This document shows positions 9,572 to 18,361 of a stretch of DNA of 51,049 nt, in pieces. The notes beneath the pieces are model-generated. The model ran no database searches. It saw nothing but the letters and a program-made list of their open reading frames with translations, and had not been told where the DNA came from. The position numbers and the translations under genes were made by a program. Position 1 is the stretch's first letter; each line of letters starts with the position of its first letter. This DNA comes from a virus. Lineage: Duplodnaviria > Caudoviricetes. Location: positions 1 through 51,049 of the IMG/VR virus record IMGVR_UViG_3300017766_001762; one strand, given 5' to 3'.

Positions 9572-9592
9572 GACCGGCTCTCCTTTGCAGCC

Positions 9593-10018
9593 TTATAGAA
9601 AGGCCTTGATCGCGAGCGGATCGCCCGTGACCTTGCCCACTAGGTCGAGATCGTTGAAAATAACCACGAGGGCCTCGTCGCCATCCGTGGTCTTTACCGT
9701 CCACCTGTCACCGCCGTAACGGGGCACGCGCACAAACTCGCCGACCCGGCACCACGAGCCTTCCGGCCACGGTTCCATAGTGTTGCGGTTCTTGAACGCG
9801 AGGCTGCCGACCGAAAGCACTTTGGCGACCTGCGTGTTGTAAATCTCGGTCTCCCGAGTATCGCCGACGAGGATCACACCCCCCGCCGTTTTCCGTTTGG
9901 GCGTGCGGATCTGTACCAGAACCCGGCTGCCAAACGGCTCGACGCCCGGATCACACGCCGGGAACGCGTCATCAATGCTGTCGTAAGCAAAGCTAATCTT
10001 ATTCGATAATTCCTGCAT
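9593..10018 (-). CDS. groES: GroES/Cpn10-like co-chaperonin
   Basis: PFGSRVLV...KTAGGVIL...KVLSVG...VGEFV...RYGG...IFNDLDLVG matches the Cpn10 pattern. Confidence 0.85.
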   Translation of the reverse strand: MQELSNKISFAYDSIDDAFPACDPGVEPFGSRVLVQIRTPKRKTAGGVILVGDTRETEIYNTQVAKVLSVGSLAFKNRNTMEPWPEGSWCRVGEFVRVPRYGGDRWTVKTTDGDEALVVIFNDLDLVGKVTGDPLAIKAFL

Positions 10019-10036
10019 GGGTGCTCCTCCTTGCAG

Positions 10037-10231
10037 CTAAAGGTCAAAGTCTTTGCGGTCTTTCTCGGCTACGAAATCAATCAGCACGTCTTTGGCGCGC
10101 TGCAGACCGCCGTACAAACCGACCACACGCCCATATTCATAGGCGTCGCGGCCCTGCGGCTGGCGGAGGCTCTCATGCGCTAACCGCGCCTGCTCCTCGT
10201 CCAGCCGCCTCAACAACATCTCGATGGTCAC
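10037..10231 (-). CDS. Small hypothetical protein
   Basis: YEYGRVVGLYGGL helix of a type often seen between portal and GroES genes. Coupled to neighbours. Confidence 0.65.
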   Translation of the reverse strand: MTIEMLLRRLDEEQARLAHESLRQPQGRDAYEYGRVVGLYGGLQRAKDVLIDFVAEKDRKDFDL

Positions 10232-10377
10232 GCAGGCGTCTTCTTGCTGCCGCTCTTGCCGCCCATCGCGCCCTTGCCTGCGCCGGTCTCGGCCATCTCG
10301 CCCATCGCAAGGCGCTTGTGCAGACGCACGCCTTCTTCGCCGACGGACTTACCTTTCGTGTCTTTCTGCTGCGCCAT
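10228..10377 (-). CDS. Small basic protein (49 aa), not in ORF track
   Basis: SD GGAG then ATG 10377: MAQQKDTKGKSVGEEGVRLHKRLAMGEMAETGAGKGAMGGKSGSKKTPA. TGA overlaps the next GTG. Confidence 0.65.
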   Translation of the reverse strand: MAQQKDTKGKSVGEEGVRLHKRLAMGEMAETGAGKGAMGGKSGSKKTPA

Positions 10378-10387
10378 ACTTCGTCTC

Positions 10388-13060
10388 CTACGTTCCGGGG
10401 TTGATGCCTGTTCCGGTCGAAACCGTGAACTTCTGGTCCGACGCCACCTCGAGCTGGGCGAGGTTCAGCGCCGTCATGTTGTCCTGCGTATTCATCTGGC
10501 TGCGGGCCAGCACCGCCGCAGCGTTGCGCCTGTTCTCGGCGTCCTGCCGCTCGCGCTCCATGATCATCCGCAGTTCCGACTCGCGGGCCCGGAGCTGAAG
10601 CTCGGCCTGCCGTACCGCCTGCTCGATCTGCACCTTCTGCGCCTCGAGCTGCGCGTCGCGCGCCTCGCCCGCCGCGTCGAGCTGCAAGCGCATGGCGTCG
10701 ACCTGAGCGCGCTGCGCCTCGATCTGCGCCTTCTGCTGCTGGATCTGCTGCTGAAGCTGGAGCTTCTGCGCCTCGGTCTGGGCGCTGATCTGCATCTTCT
10801 GCGCGTCGAGCTGCATGCGCTGCTGGTCGGCCTGCGTCCTGCGCTGCGTCTCCGCCATCGCCGCCTGCGCCGGATCCATCGGCTGCGGGGGCGCGAGCTG
10901 CTGCATCATCTGGACAGCCTGCTCGATGATCGGTGGCAGAGAGCCAAAGACCTGCGCCGCCTGCTGCGACACGATCTGCGACGCCTCGGCCAGCATGCGG
11001 TCGAACGCCTGCTTGTCCTCGGCGGTCTTGTTCTCTTTCATCGCCTCGCCGATATCGGTGCCCGCCGTCTCATTGCCAAGCTCGAACACCGTCGCCGCGT
11101 ACCACAACGCGACGTGCTCCTTGATGTGGTTGAGTATCACCGGGATATAGGTCGGCGCGATAAGCCTGCTCATACCGAGCGCCGGGTTCATCATGTAGGA
11201 CAGGTGCGCCTTGAGGTGCGCGATGTGGTCCTGCTCCGGGAACGCCAAAATCGGGCGGCCCATAGTCGCCGCGACGTTCTCGTTCACCGCGTTCTGTTCT
11301 TTCGGCTCAACCGCCGGCGCCAGCAGATCCTTCGCGTTCGGGATCTTCAGCGTCTCGAGAAGACGCTCCTCGACCTTGCGCGCGTTGTAGAGCTGCGGCA
11401 ACGCCGCCGCGCGCTGCGTCAGCGCCTGCACCTGCGCGAAGCGCTGCGCCTCGGAGAATATGTTCGGGTCGCTGACAGGCACGACGTCCATCGGGCCGTC
11501 GAAGTCGGCGCGCGTCGCCAGCTCCTCGCCGACCTCGTCCTCAACGTCCTCGTCGTCAAGATACATGCCGTTCAGGCGATGCAGGATGCGCAGCATCCGC
11601 GCCATCGCGTCGTGCAGGCGCGAATGAATTGCGCTGAATACCACCATGCCCTGTTCGAGCTTCGCCAACGTCGTGCCGACCGGCGCATTTGGGTTGCCGT
11701 CCGCAACGTCGTCCAGCGTCGTCCGCACCACGCCACGGCTCGCGTCGACTAAGAAGCCGAGCAGTTGATACAGCACCGAGCTCGGCGGGTTGAACGGCAG
11801 CGGCATTGCGATCTTGCGCACGTCGTCGACGTTCAGGCCGCCTTCAATCTCCTCGACCTGCGTCGGCTGGATGTTCAGCGTCTGGCCGCCACGCGTGCCG
11901 CCCTTCAGCTTCAGCATCGTCTGGCTATTGCTGATGTGCGCGCTGTCGAGCAGCGCGCGCAGGGCGCCGGTCGCCGCAGCCGCAAGGCCGCCGATCATAT
12001 GCGGCAGGCCAATCGGATAGGCGCCGCGCCACGGCACGAACGGGAACTCGACGAACCACTGCAACTCTTCGCGGCTCTCGTCGTGCTCGTCCCAGTTCCG
12101 ATAGATCGACAGCACCTTGCCCGAGATCTTGTCGACCGAGATGATGTAAGGCGCGGGCTCCTCGTCCTCCTCGATAGACGCCATAGCGTAGATCTCGTAG
12201 ACCGTCCGCAGGCCGTCTTCGTTGTATGACGTGTCGCTGCGGCCCTCGATCTTGTCGTTCGCGATGTCGGCGACCGACCGCTCAGGCTCCATGCTCGACG
12301 GGATCAGGTCGCTGTCGCGGTACATGCCGCTCTTCACGCGCTGTTGGTAGTCAAGCGCCGTCAGATACTGGACGTGCGTCTTGCGCTGCGCGCTGTAGAA
12401 ATTTGTGGCCGCAAACGGCAGGTACATGTCGTCGATTGCGACGAACAGGAACTCGGGGCGATTGCGCGCCTCGCTCCACGTCACCTTCATGTACTGCGCG
12501 CCGCCCAGCGGCACTTGCGTCAGTAGCTGCTCGAGCTCGGCGCGGAACTCCGGTGACTGCACCGTGAGCTGCCAGTTCATGAACCGTGTCTTGCGCTGCG
12601 CCTTCTTCGCCTTGTCGCGCGTCACGTCGCCGGGAATGAAGTCCTTGACCGGGCCGCTCGGCGGAAAGAGTTCTTTCATCGCGCGGCTCGAGAAGTCTAT
12701 GCACGCTTCCGTCAGCATCGGATGCACGACGCGCGACGCGCCTTGGAACTGCGCGCCACCCGGCGCGTCGTCGCCAAGGCCCGTGCGCCGGATGCCATCT
12801 TCGTACTGCTCGTCGCGCTTCTTGCGCGCCTCGCGGTCGCGGCTGATCAGCTCAATGAAGCGGCTGCTGATGCGCTCGAGCTCATCAGTCGGGAGCTCCT
12901 CGGCGAGGTTCTTGTAGAAGTCGGGCGAGCGCGGCTCGACCTCGTCTTCGTCGGTCAGCGTAACAATCGCCCCGCCGTCTTCCGTGTCGACTACGTCCGA
13001 CTTGTCGTCTTCGATCTCGACAGTTTCGCCCTCGGGAAGATCGTCTTCGTCTGCCATCAC
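10388..13060 (-). CDS. Portal protein with long Q-rich coiled-coil C-terminus
   Basis: Follows terL. GASRVVHPMLTEA, DVVPVSDPNIFSEAQR, AFPEQDHIAH. The Q/A-rich tail resembles a P22-type barrel. Start may be ATG 13057. Confidence 0.85.
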   Translation of the reverse strand: MMADEDDLPEGETVEIEDDKSDVVDTEDGGAIVTLTDEDEVEPRSPDFYKNLAEELPTDELERISSRFIELISRDREARKKRDEQYEDGIRRTGLGDDAPGGAQFQGASRVVHPMLTEACIDFSSRAMKELFPPSGPVKDFIPGDVTRDKAKKAQRKTRFMNWQLTVQSPEFRAELEQLLTQVPLGGAQYMKVTWSEARNRPEFLFVAIDDMYLPFAATNFYSAQRKTHVQYLTALDYQQRVKSGMYRDSDLIPSSMEPERSVADIANDKIEGRSDTSYNEDGLRTVYEIYAMASIEEDEEPAPYIISVDKISGKVLSIYRNWDEHDESREELQWFVEFPFVPWRGAYPIGLPHMIGGLAAAATGALRALLDSAHISNSQTMLKLKGGTRGGQTLNIQPTQVEEIEGGLNVDDVRKIAMPLPFNPPSSVLYQLLGFLVDASRGVVRTTLDDVADGNPNAPVGTTLAKLEQGMVVFSAIHSRLHDAMARMLRILHRLNGMYLDDEDVEDEVGEELATRADFDGPMDVVPVSDPNIFSEAQRFAQVQALTQRAAALPQLYNARKVEERLLETLKIPNAKDLLAPAVEPKEQNAVNENVAATMGRPILAFPEQDHIAHLKAHLSYMMNPALGMSRLIAPTYIPVILNHIKEHVALWYAATVFELGNETAGTDIGEAMKENKTAEDKQAFDRMLAEASQIVSQQAAQVFGSLPPIIEQAVQMMQQLAPPQPMDPAQAAMAETQRRTQADQQRMQLDAQKMQISAQTEAQKLQLQQQIQQQKAQIEAQRAQVDAMRLQLDAAGEARDAQLEAQKVQIEQAVRQAELQLRARESELRMIMERERQDAENRRNAAAVLARSQMNTQDNMTALNLAQLEVASDQKFTVSTGTGINPGT

Positions 13061-13064
13061 TGCC

Positions 13065-14552
13065 TCACGCGCTGTACGGGTTCACGACCACGCGCGGAGG
13101 CGCCGGCTCGTGCAAGGGCTTCTGCTGCGATTTTACAGCGGAAAGCAGTCCTTTGTCCATGAGCAGGCGGATTGCCTGCGTCGTGCTGTCGACGAAGTCG
13201 TCGTGCTTGATGCTGCCGCCGCCCGTGAATGAGCACAATTGCGCTACGAGCGGATCAGCCCATGTGCGCGGTCGCTTCGGATACTTGTCGCTCTCCGGCA
13301 ACCAGATCTGACGCCGCGCGAAGATCGGCGACACGATATGCAAGCGCGAGAGCTTGTCGGCACGGCCCGGATTGTAGGCGTATGCCGTGATGCCTTCTCG
13401 GTCGAGCATCTGGCGCAGGCTGATGCCGCTGCCTTTATCTTCGATGATCACCATGTCGACCTTGCGCCCGGATGTTATCGGCTTCGCGGCGCCGAACATC
13501 GGCTTGATCAGCGCAGTGTCCTGATCGTCGCCATACGCGACGTTCAGCTCCTTCTTCACGCGGGCTATCAGCTCCGGCATGCCGAGCCTGTCCTGCCAGC
13601 AGTCGAGCAGCAGGACGTGGCTCGAGCCCTCGACGCTACAGCCGCCCCACACCGTGCAAGCGCTGTAGTCCGGGTCGCCGGTGCGCCTGTCGATTGTCGC
13701 TTCCGTGAATGCCGTGTCGAGCGACATCACGATCCAGTCGAACGCCGGCAACGGCTTCTGGGCGGGCCACAGCCTGAACCAGCTCCGCTTGATGATGCCG
13801 CTCTCTTCGGGGTCGATCAGCTCGCCCTCGAGCTCCTGACGCCCAATGACGGTGCCCTCGTACTGCGCGAGCTGGTCGAAGAATGTCTGTGGCAGGTTGT
13901 CCTTGTTCTCGTATGTGCTGCCCCGCACGATCAGGCGCCCGGCCTTCGGCTCGGTCAGCCGGCGCACAAGATCGATGGGCTTCGGCGTCGTGGTCCACAG
14001 CACGCGAGGCGCGGGCCCGAGGCGCAGGCCCATCATCGCCATGTCCCACGTCTCATCGGGCCGGAGCCACGCCGCCAGCTCGTCGCACCAGATGTCCGCG
14101 TGCTGTGGGCCACGAAGTCGTTCCGGCTTCTCTGCCGTGAAACCCCGGATCGTGACCGGCTTGCCGGTCACGCCGCGCACCCGGATGATTAGATCCGTTG
14201 AGTTGTAATCCTCGACCAGCTCCGGCGGGATCACCTTGAGCAGGCCCGCCGGGCCTTGGAAGCATGTGAATTTAACGTCGGCGTATGTCGGGGCGATGAC
14301 CGCCCGGTCGAGCGCCAGCGGATCCTCATACGCCGCTGCGGCGAGCCACTGGGCGCCAGTAAGGGTTTTCCCAAATCCGCGGCCAGCCATGACGCCCGCC
14401 TCGGCCCAGCCCTCCGGGGGCAGGATCTGCTTCGGCCTCGCGGTCGCTGTCCATCTCGTCTGCCACAGCAGATAGTGCAGGGCGTCGGATGGCAGCTTCG
14501 CGAGGTCCGCCACCTCGAGCCCGTCAATGTCGTCCAGAGCCTCGAGCTTCAC
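13065..14552 (-). CDS. terL: Terminase large subunit
   Basis: Walker A GRGFGKT, LRGPQ, Walker B IWCDE, TTTPK, nuclease SLDTA and HDDFVDS. Confidence 0.95.
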   Translation of the reverse strand: MKLEALDDIDGLEVADLAKLPSDALHYLLWQTRWTATARPKQILPPEGWAEAGVMAGRGFGKTLTGAQWLAAAAYEDPLALDRAVIAPTYADVKFTCFQGPAGLLKVIPPELVEDYNSTDLIIRVRGVTGKPVTIRGFTAEKPERLRGPQHADIWCDELAAWLRPDETWDMAMMGLRLGPAPRVLWTTTPKPIDLVRRLTEPKAGRLIVRGSTYENKDNLPQTFFDQLAQYEGTVIGRQELEGELIDPEESGIIKRSWFRLWPAQKPLPAFDWIVMSLDTAFTEATIDRRTGDPDYSACTVWGGCSVEGSSHVLLLDCWQDRLGMPELIARVKKELNVAYGDDQDTALIKPMFGAAKPITSGRKVDMVIIEDKGSGISLRQMLDREGITAYAYNPGRADKLSRLHIVSPIFARRQIWLPESDKYPKRPRTWADPLVAQLCSFTGGGSIKHDDFVDSTTQAIRLLMDKGLLSAVKSQQKPLHEPAPPRVVVNPYSA

Positions 14553-15025
14553 GGCTTCGCCTTCACGTCGATGATCTGCGGCTGGCGCTTGCGCTCGCGC
14601 AGCAGCTTAAGCAGCTCGGTCGCAAGCTCGGCGTTTTTGTCCTCGACGACTACCGGGGCGTCGGGGTCGCCGGCCATTACGATCTTGTCGCCGTACCTTT
14701 TCGGATCCCACTTCGCCAATAACTTGAGGTCCGTCTCGATGATCAGCTTGTCGCGCGTCACGTCGCCGGTCGAGTCGCCCCGACCGCGCGCCGTCTCGCG
14801 TGCGACCACGGCGATGCGGTCGAAGCCCGTGGCGCGGGCTCGCGCGTATGCGATGCTTAGATCGGCGTCTTGCGCGCACCAGTCGTACCACGCCGTGTAA
14901 TGCGGCATGCCCGGTTCGCGCAGGATCACGGCGAGGGGCTCGCCGGTCGACACACGCTCCAAGATATCGTCTATTCGCGCCTCGTCACGGGTGACGGGCG
15001 GCTTTCGCGGCACGAGGCTCGGCAC
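14549..15025 (-). CDS. terS: Terminase small subunit (Sf6 gp1-like)
   Basis: GEPLAVILREPGMP...W...YARAR...KL.IET...LLAKWDPKRYGDK. Overlaps the terL start. Confidence 0.85.
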   Translation of the reverse strand: MPSLVPRKPPVTRDEARIDDILERVSTGEPLAVILREPGMPHYTAWYDWCAQDADLSIAYARARATGFDRIAVVARETARGRGDSTGDVTRDKLIIETDLKLLAKWDPKRYGDKIVMAGDPDAPVVVEDKNAELATELLKLLRERKRQPQIIDVKAKP

Positions 15026-15028
15026 TGG

Positions 15029-15193
15029 CTATACCAGCGCGGCGCCAGCCACGAACCCGATGACAAGCGCGCCGAGGACGAACATCCACGCGCGCTTCAC
15101 GTCAGACGCCCAAGCGAAGCCCGCGTCGACTTCTGACGCGACCTCGACGACCTTAGCCGACGCCTTCTGGGCGACCTTCTTTGCAGCAGCCAT
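15029..15193 (-). CDS. Small membrane protein, first gene of the late arm
   Basis: SD GGAGGA, ATG 15193. C-terminal hydrophobic helix AWMFVLGALVIGFVAGAALV. Confidence 0.6.
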   Translation of the reverse strand: MAAAKKVAQKASAKVVEVASEVDAGFAWASDVKRAWMFVLGALVIGFVAGAALV

Positions 15194-15276
15194 TCTGTCC
15201 TCCGATGGGGTTGTGCTCCGAGTGCAAATATAAACCCGATCAGCGCCGTTGTCACCCCGCCCGGACTGGCAGACCC

Positions 15277-15621
15277 CTGCAAGCAAATCTGCAACCGGTT
15301 GCAGATTTATGCGCGCAGCAGCGCAGCAGCACGAGGTCGTGCAGCATGCAGCACGAGCAAATGCTGCAGCGTGATGCTGCAGTGAAGTCTCGTATCGATC
15401 AGCGCAGCGTGCAGCAGCGCAGCGGTCAGTCCCGGTGCAGCATGCAGCAAACAGGGGGCACCCCTAAAGGGGTGTCCCCCCAAATGCTGCTGCAATGCTG
15501 CAGCAACGGTGGCTTCTGCAGCATTGCAGCATTTGCAGCATGCTGCATTTTGCTACATGCTGCACTTTGCTGCAGCGCTTGCAGAACTGCTTGCAGAACT
15601 GCTTGCAGAACCGCTTGCAGA
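15277..15621. repeat. TGCAGC/GCTGCA-dense region with palindromes (candidate origin or packaging site)
   Basis: Perfect 24-bp palindrome 15285-15308, hairpin GGGGGCACCCC-TAAA-GGGGTGTCCCC 15454-15479, four GCTTGCAGA copies at 12-bp period 15577-15621. Confidence 0.8.
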
Positions 15622-15663
15622 TGTCCTCGCTGGCCGATCTTTTCGAACCTCCAAAACGGGGGT

Positions 15664-16059
15664 ATGATTTACGCCATGATGCTGAACCCGGCGACGCACC
15701 CGACTGACACCTCCGACTTCGTCGTCTCATGCGACGGCGAGGCCCAGCTCATCGACACGAAGGAAGGCCGCCGGTGGAAGCGAAGGGGCCGCTTCGTCAT
15801 CGAGCTGGACGATCCGAACATCTATTCCGTTCGGGCTATGACGCCCGCCGCGCGGCGCTGGCTACGCAAGCACGGGATCCGGGCGGTGCAGCCAAGGGGC
15901 GACACCGCCGAGCGCAAGCCGGACCACGGCGCCCTCGCGATCATCACGCCGCTCGACACTGACACAGTGCAGACGCTCGCTATGCGCCTCCTGCAGTGCG
16001 GATTTGTGGTCAATGGGTTCAATAAATCGAGCGACGACGTCCGCGTCACGCTGAATTAA
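15664..16059 (+). CDS. Hypothetical early protein
   Basis: 3' part of track ORF 15181..16059 has normal composition. Start at ATG 15664, 15676 or 15679. Confidence 0.5.
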   Translation: MIYAMMLNPATHPTDTSDFVVSCDGEAQLIDTKEGRRWKRRGRFVIELDDPNIYSVRAMTPAARRWLRKHGIRAVQPRGDTAERKPDHGALAIITPLDTDTVQTLAMRLLQCGFVVNGFNKSSDDVRVTLN

Positions 16060-16104
16060 TCGGCCAATTTAATCCGCCAATTTAATCGGCCAATTTAATC
16101 CGCC
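16054..16104. repeat. Tandem 13-bp repeat AATTTAATC(C/G)GCC
   Basis: Full copies at 16066, 16079 and 16092, partial copy at 16054. Confidence 0.85.
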
Positions 16105-16139
16105 GCCGATTTATTCTGCCGATTTCCGGGCCAACGGGC

Positions 16140-16152
16140 TAAACCCTTGATA
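16140..16152. promoter_or_regulatory. IHF-consensus site
   Basis: TAAACCCTTGATA matches YAANNNNTTGATW, the reverse complement of WATCAANNNNTTR. Confidence 0.45.
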
Positions 16153-16171
16153 TTGCTATTAAACAAAACGC

Positions 16172-16201
16172 TTGCATGGGGTAAGCGTTTGGCCGTATTG
16201 T
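16172..16201 (+). promoter_or_regulatory. Putative sigma70-type early promoter
   Basis: TTGCAT-N18-TATTGT. Same architecture as the site at 21067. Confidence 0.5.
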
Positions 16202-16232
16202 TCTTGTGTTGAAACGAATAAGGGACACCGCA

Positions 16233-16391
16233 ATGGAATTGGAACGCAAAGAGTTTTGGCAAACCCGCTACCGGGGCACCAATGAGCAAGAATATCAAAC
16301 ATATCTGGCCTTAGCCAATGACGGCAAAGGCGGCGACATAACCCGTCCGGGCCAGCCCCTGAAAACATACGAGGAATGGCTAAACTCTTGA
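16233..16391 (+). CDS. Small early protein
   Basis: SD AAGGGA, ATG 16233: MELERKEFWQTRYRG...LKTYEEWLNS. Confidence 0.65.
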   Translation: MELERKEFWQTRYRGTNEQEYQTYLALANDGKGGDITRPGQPLKTYEEWLNS

Positions 16392-16456
16392 CACTCTTTC
16401 CTTGCCCATCTCGCGAGGGGTGGGCTTGGATAGATTGCCACAGAAGGGAAACCACC

Positions 16457-16660
16457 ATGACTACAGACGACATCACATTCACCCCGCTTGCGGACGGCGA
16501 CTACCGCCTCCGCATCGTCAGCGAAACCGCGCGCGAGCTGTTCGCGCTCGACTACCCGCGCTATCAAGACGGCGTCGACCTGACGCCCGACGAGGCCGAC
16601 GACCTGATCGAGGTTTGCCGCTATGAGCACCTCACCGCCAACGGCTGGAGGTTCAGATGA
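16457..16660 (+). CDS. Small acidic early protein
   Basis: SD AAGGGA, ATG 16457. High-GC3 codons. ATGA overlap with the next gene. Confidence 0.65.
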   Translation: MTTDDITFTPLADGDYRLRIVSETARELFALDYPRYQDGVDLTPDEADDLIEVCRYEHLTANGWRFR

Positions 16661-16878
16661 GCAAAGAGGGCCCGTTCCTTTACGCGCCGAAGCTGCGCCC
16701 GCCGGGCACCGCCACGCTGCCTCGGGGTGGCTGGCGCCTCGTCGCCACGCCGGTCGACACCGCCTACCTGCGCCCGGACCTGCCGTGCCACGCGTGGCGC
16801 CGCTACGGCATCGTCGCTTACGACACGCCGCTCTGCGCCGCGGACGTCGAGGCGTTCGCGCTGGAGGTGCTGTCGTGA
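16657..16878 (+). CDS. Stand-alone DarA C-terminal-like domain protein
   Basis: LY..KLRPPGTATLPRG...RYGIVAYDTPL...DVEAFAL resembles the DarA_C pattern Y..RP...GT.P.G...GII.Y.RPL...E..FEL. Confidence 0.55.
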   Translation: MSKEGPFLYAPKLRPPGTATLPRGGWRLVATPVDTAYLRPDLPCHAWRRYGIVAYDTPLCAADVEAFALEVLS

Positions 16879-17039
16879 CCCCGAAGACCGCCGAGACCGT
16901 CCTCGACCTGCTGGCGCTCGCGCTGCCTTACGTCGAAGACGCCGAAAGCGACCCGGTATACAAGCCGGGCGCCGTAAGGAAACTCACGAACCGTATCCGC
17001 GCGGCAATCGCGCAGGCAGAAGCAGAGGAACGCGCATGA
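16875..17039 (+). CDS. Small hypothetical protein
   Basis: SD GGAGG, GTG 16875 in a GTGA overlap. LALALPYVED...IRAAIAQAE. Confidence 0.6.
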   Translation: MTPKTAETVLDLLALALPYVEDAESDPVYKPGAVRKLTNRIRAAIAQAEAEERA

Positions 17040-17212
17040 CCGACGATAACACAACGCCCTTCAGGCCGCCCCTGAAGCCCGTCCCGGCAGCAACCCGCTG
17101 CCGGTGCGGGGCGTGGCTGCCCCACGGCTCCACGGCCCGGAAAACGCCGCACGGCGAGTACTACGACTGCTATGCCTGTCGCCCCCGCGACGCTGAACCT
17201 GTGAGGTACTAA
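17036..17212 (+). CDS. Small zinc-finger-like protein
   Basis: ATG 17036 in an ATGA overlap. CRC...CYAC. Confidence 0.55.
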   Translation: MTDDNTTPFRPPLKPVPAATRCRCGAWLPHGSTARKTPHGEYYDCYACRPRDAEPVRY

Positions 17213-17215
17213 GAC

Positions 17216-17473
17216 ATGCCGCGACTATCTGAGGGAGAGGCCACATATTACGCCGTCCTGACGCTCCGGGGCCTTGGTTTTAAAGTCAAGCGCAACCCCG
17301 GCGCTAGGAACGCTCACGCCGTGCAAGGCGTCGCGGTGACGACAGAACAGCTACTGATCCTCGCCCGCATGGCGAAAGACGTGCAGCAGCGGGCTCACGA
17401 GCTGGTGCGACGGGATGCCGCACAAGCAAAGATGCAAGAACGCGCTTGCAAGGCAAAGCGGGCCATGGTTTAA
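17216..17473 (+). CDS. Hypothetical protein
   Basis: SD GAGGT. In register with neighbouring genes. Confidence 0.5.
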   Translation: MPRLSEGEATYYAVLTLRGLGFKVKRNPGARNAHAVQGVAVTTEQLLILARMAKDVQQRAHELVRRDAAQAKMQERACKAKRAMV

Positions 17474-17475
17474 CT
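17446..17475 (+). promoter_or_regulatory. Putative promoter (CTTGCAAGGC family)
   Basis: TTGCAA-N18-TTAACT upstream of 17510. Confidence 0.35.
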
Positions 17476-17509
17476 ACGTCATCAAATCGGTCAACAGGAG
17501 GGACACCAC

Positions 17510-17818
17510 ATGACCAATGTAGCTTACATCACGAACGTATCGCCCATCGACCGCCTCGGCGCGATCCGCGCCCAGATCGCGGATCTCAAGAAAATTGAGG
17601 ACGCGATCCTCGCTGAGGTGAAAGATCTCGGCGTCGGCGAGTACGACGGTGCGGATTATCGCGCCACGGTTTCTGAAGTCGCCGAGCGCAAGTCGCTCGA
17701 CGTGAAAGCGGCGGAAGAGAAGCTCATCGAGCTTGGCGTCGATGGCCGCTGGTTCTCGCGCAACCAGAAGATCACCAAGGGGTACACGACGGTGCGCGTC
17801 ACCGCTCGCAAGTCGTAA
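17510..17818 (+). CDS. Hypothetical protein
   Basis: Strong SD AGGAGG. IDRLGAIRAQIADLK coiled coil, YRATVS, TTVRVTARK. Confidence 0.8.
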   Translation: MTNVAYITNVSPIDRLGAIRAQIADLKKIEDAILAEVKDLGVGEYDGADYRATVSEVAERKSLDVKAAEEKLIELGVDGRWFSRNQKITKGYTTVRVTARKS

Positions 17819-17840
17819 CGCCAATTTTCAGGAGTTAGCC

Positions 17841-18209
17841 ATGACCACCCCATTCCCCGCCGACGCCCCGCTTTGGCTAACGATCTGGCCGAACGGCGAA
17901 GCGGCTCACTACACGTCGCTGAAAGCCGTCGCGGAGGCGTTCGAACGCTGCATGGTTCCTCCCGTGCGGATGATCGTCCTGCTTGAGGATGGCCGCTGGA
18001 CCGATTGCGGGGACGATGTGATCGAGGAATTGGACGGTATCAACCACCTGATCGCTTCGACCGGACAAAAGGCGACTGTTCGTCTGATCGCCGCCGCCCT
18101 CGCCCCCTTCCCGCCCGCGAAACCGGAAAGGACGGTATGCCCAACCTGCAAGAACGGCGGAAGACCGTTGCCCTGTCCTACATGCGCGAAGCCGAAGGAG
18201 ACGAAGTGA
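17841..18209 (+). CDS. Hypothetical protein with C-terminal CxxC-CxxC
   Basis: SD AGGAG, ATG 17841. CPTCKNGG...CPTC. Confidence 0.6.
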   Translation: MTTPFPADAPLWLTIWPNGEAAHYTSLKAVAEAFERCMVPPVRMIVLLEDGRWTDCGDDVIEELDGINHLIASTGQKATVRLIAAALAPFPPAKPERTVCPTCKNGGRPLPCPTCAKPKETK

Positions 18210-18361
18210 TGACACAGAAGCAAGACGCCGCCATCGCGTCGCTCGTAACGGCTCCCCTGCGCGATGAGGTGTACGACCCGACGGAAACCTTTTACGATTA
18301 CCCCCGGCGGCCCGCTTACCTGCGCCGGTTGTTTAATCGGCTGCGCCGGAGCTTTGCGTGA
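18209..18361 (+). CDS. Small hypothetical protein
   Basis: SD AAGGAG. MTQKQDAAIASL...LRRSFA. Confidence 0.55.
   Translation: MTQKQDAAIASLVTAPLRDEVYDPTETFYDYPRRPAYLRRLFNRLRRSFA

Noticed and set aside
10244-11752. 502-aa plus-strand ORF, and similar long antisense ORFs (4349..5350, 13239..14192, 47075..47890)
   Set aside because: R/L/H-rich shadows of high-GC3 genes on the opposite strand, with no motifs.
15181-15663. Cys/Gln-rich N-terminal part of ORF 15181..16059
   Set aside because: Translation of the TGCAGC repeat region. It overlaps the start of the divergent late arm.
16056-16098. CtrA boxes
   Set aside because: TTAA half-sites are separated by 9 bp, not the canonical 7.
15577-16104. 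Short repeats as a CRISPR or mini-array
   Set aside because: Units are 12-13 bp and directly tandem, with no spacers. DUF2800 is Cas4-like but sits in a standard replication module.
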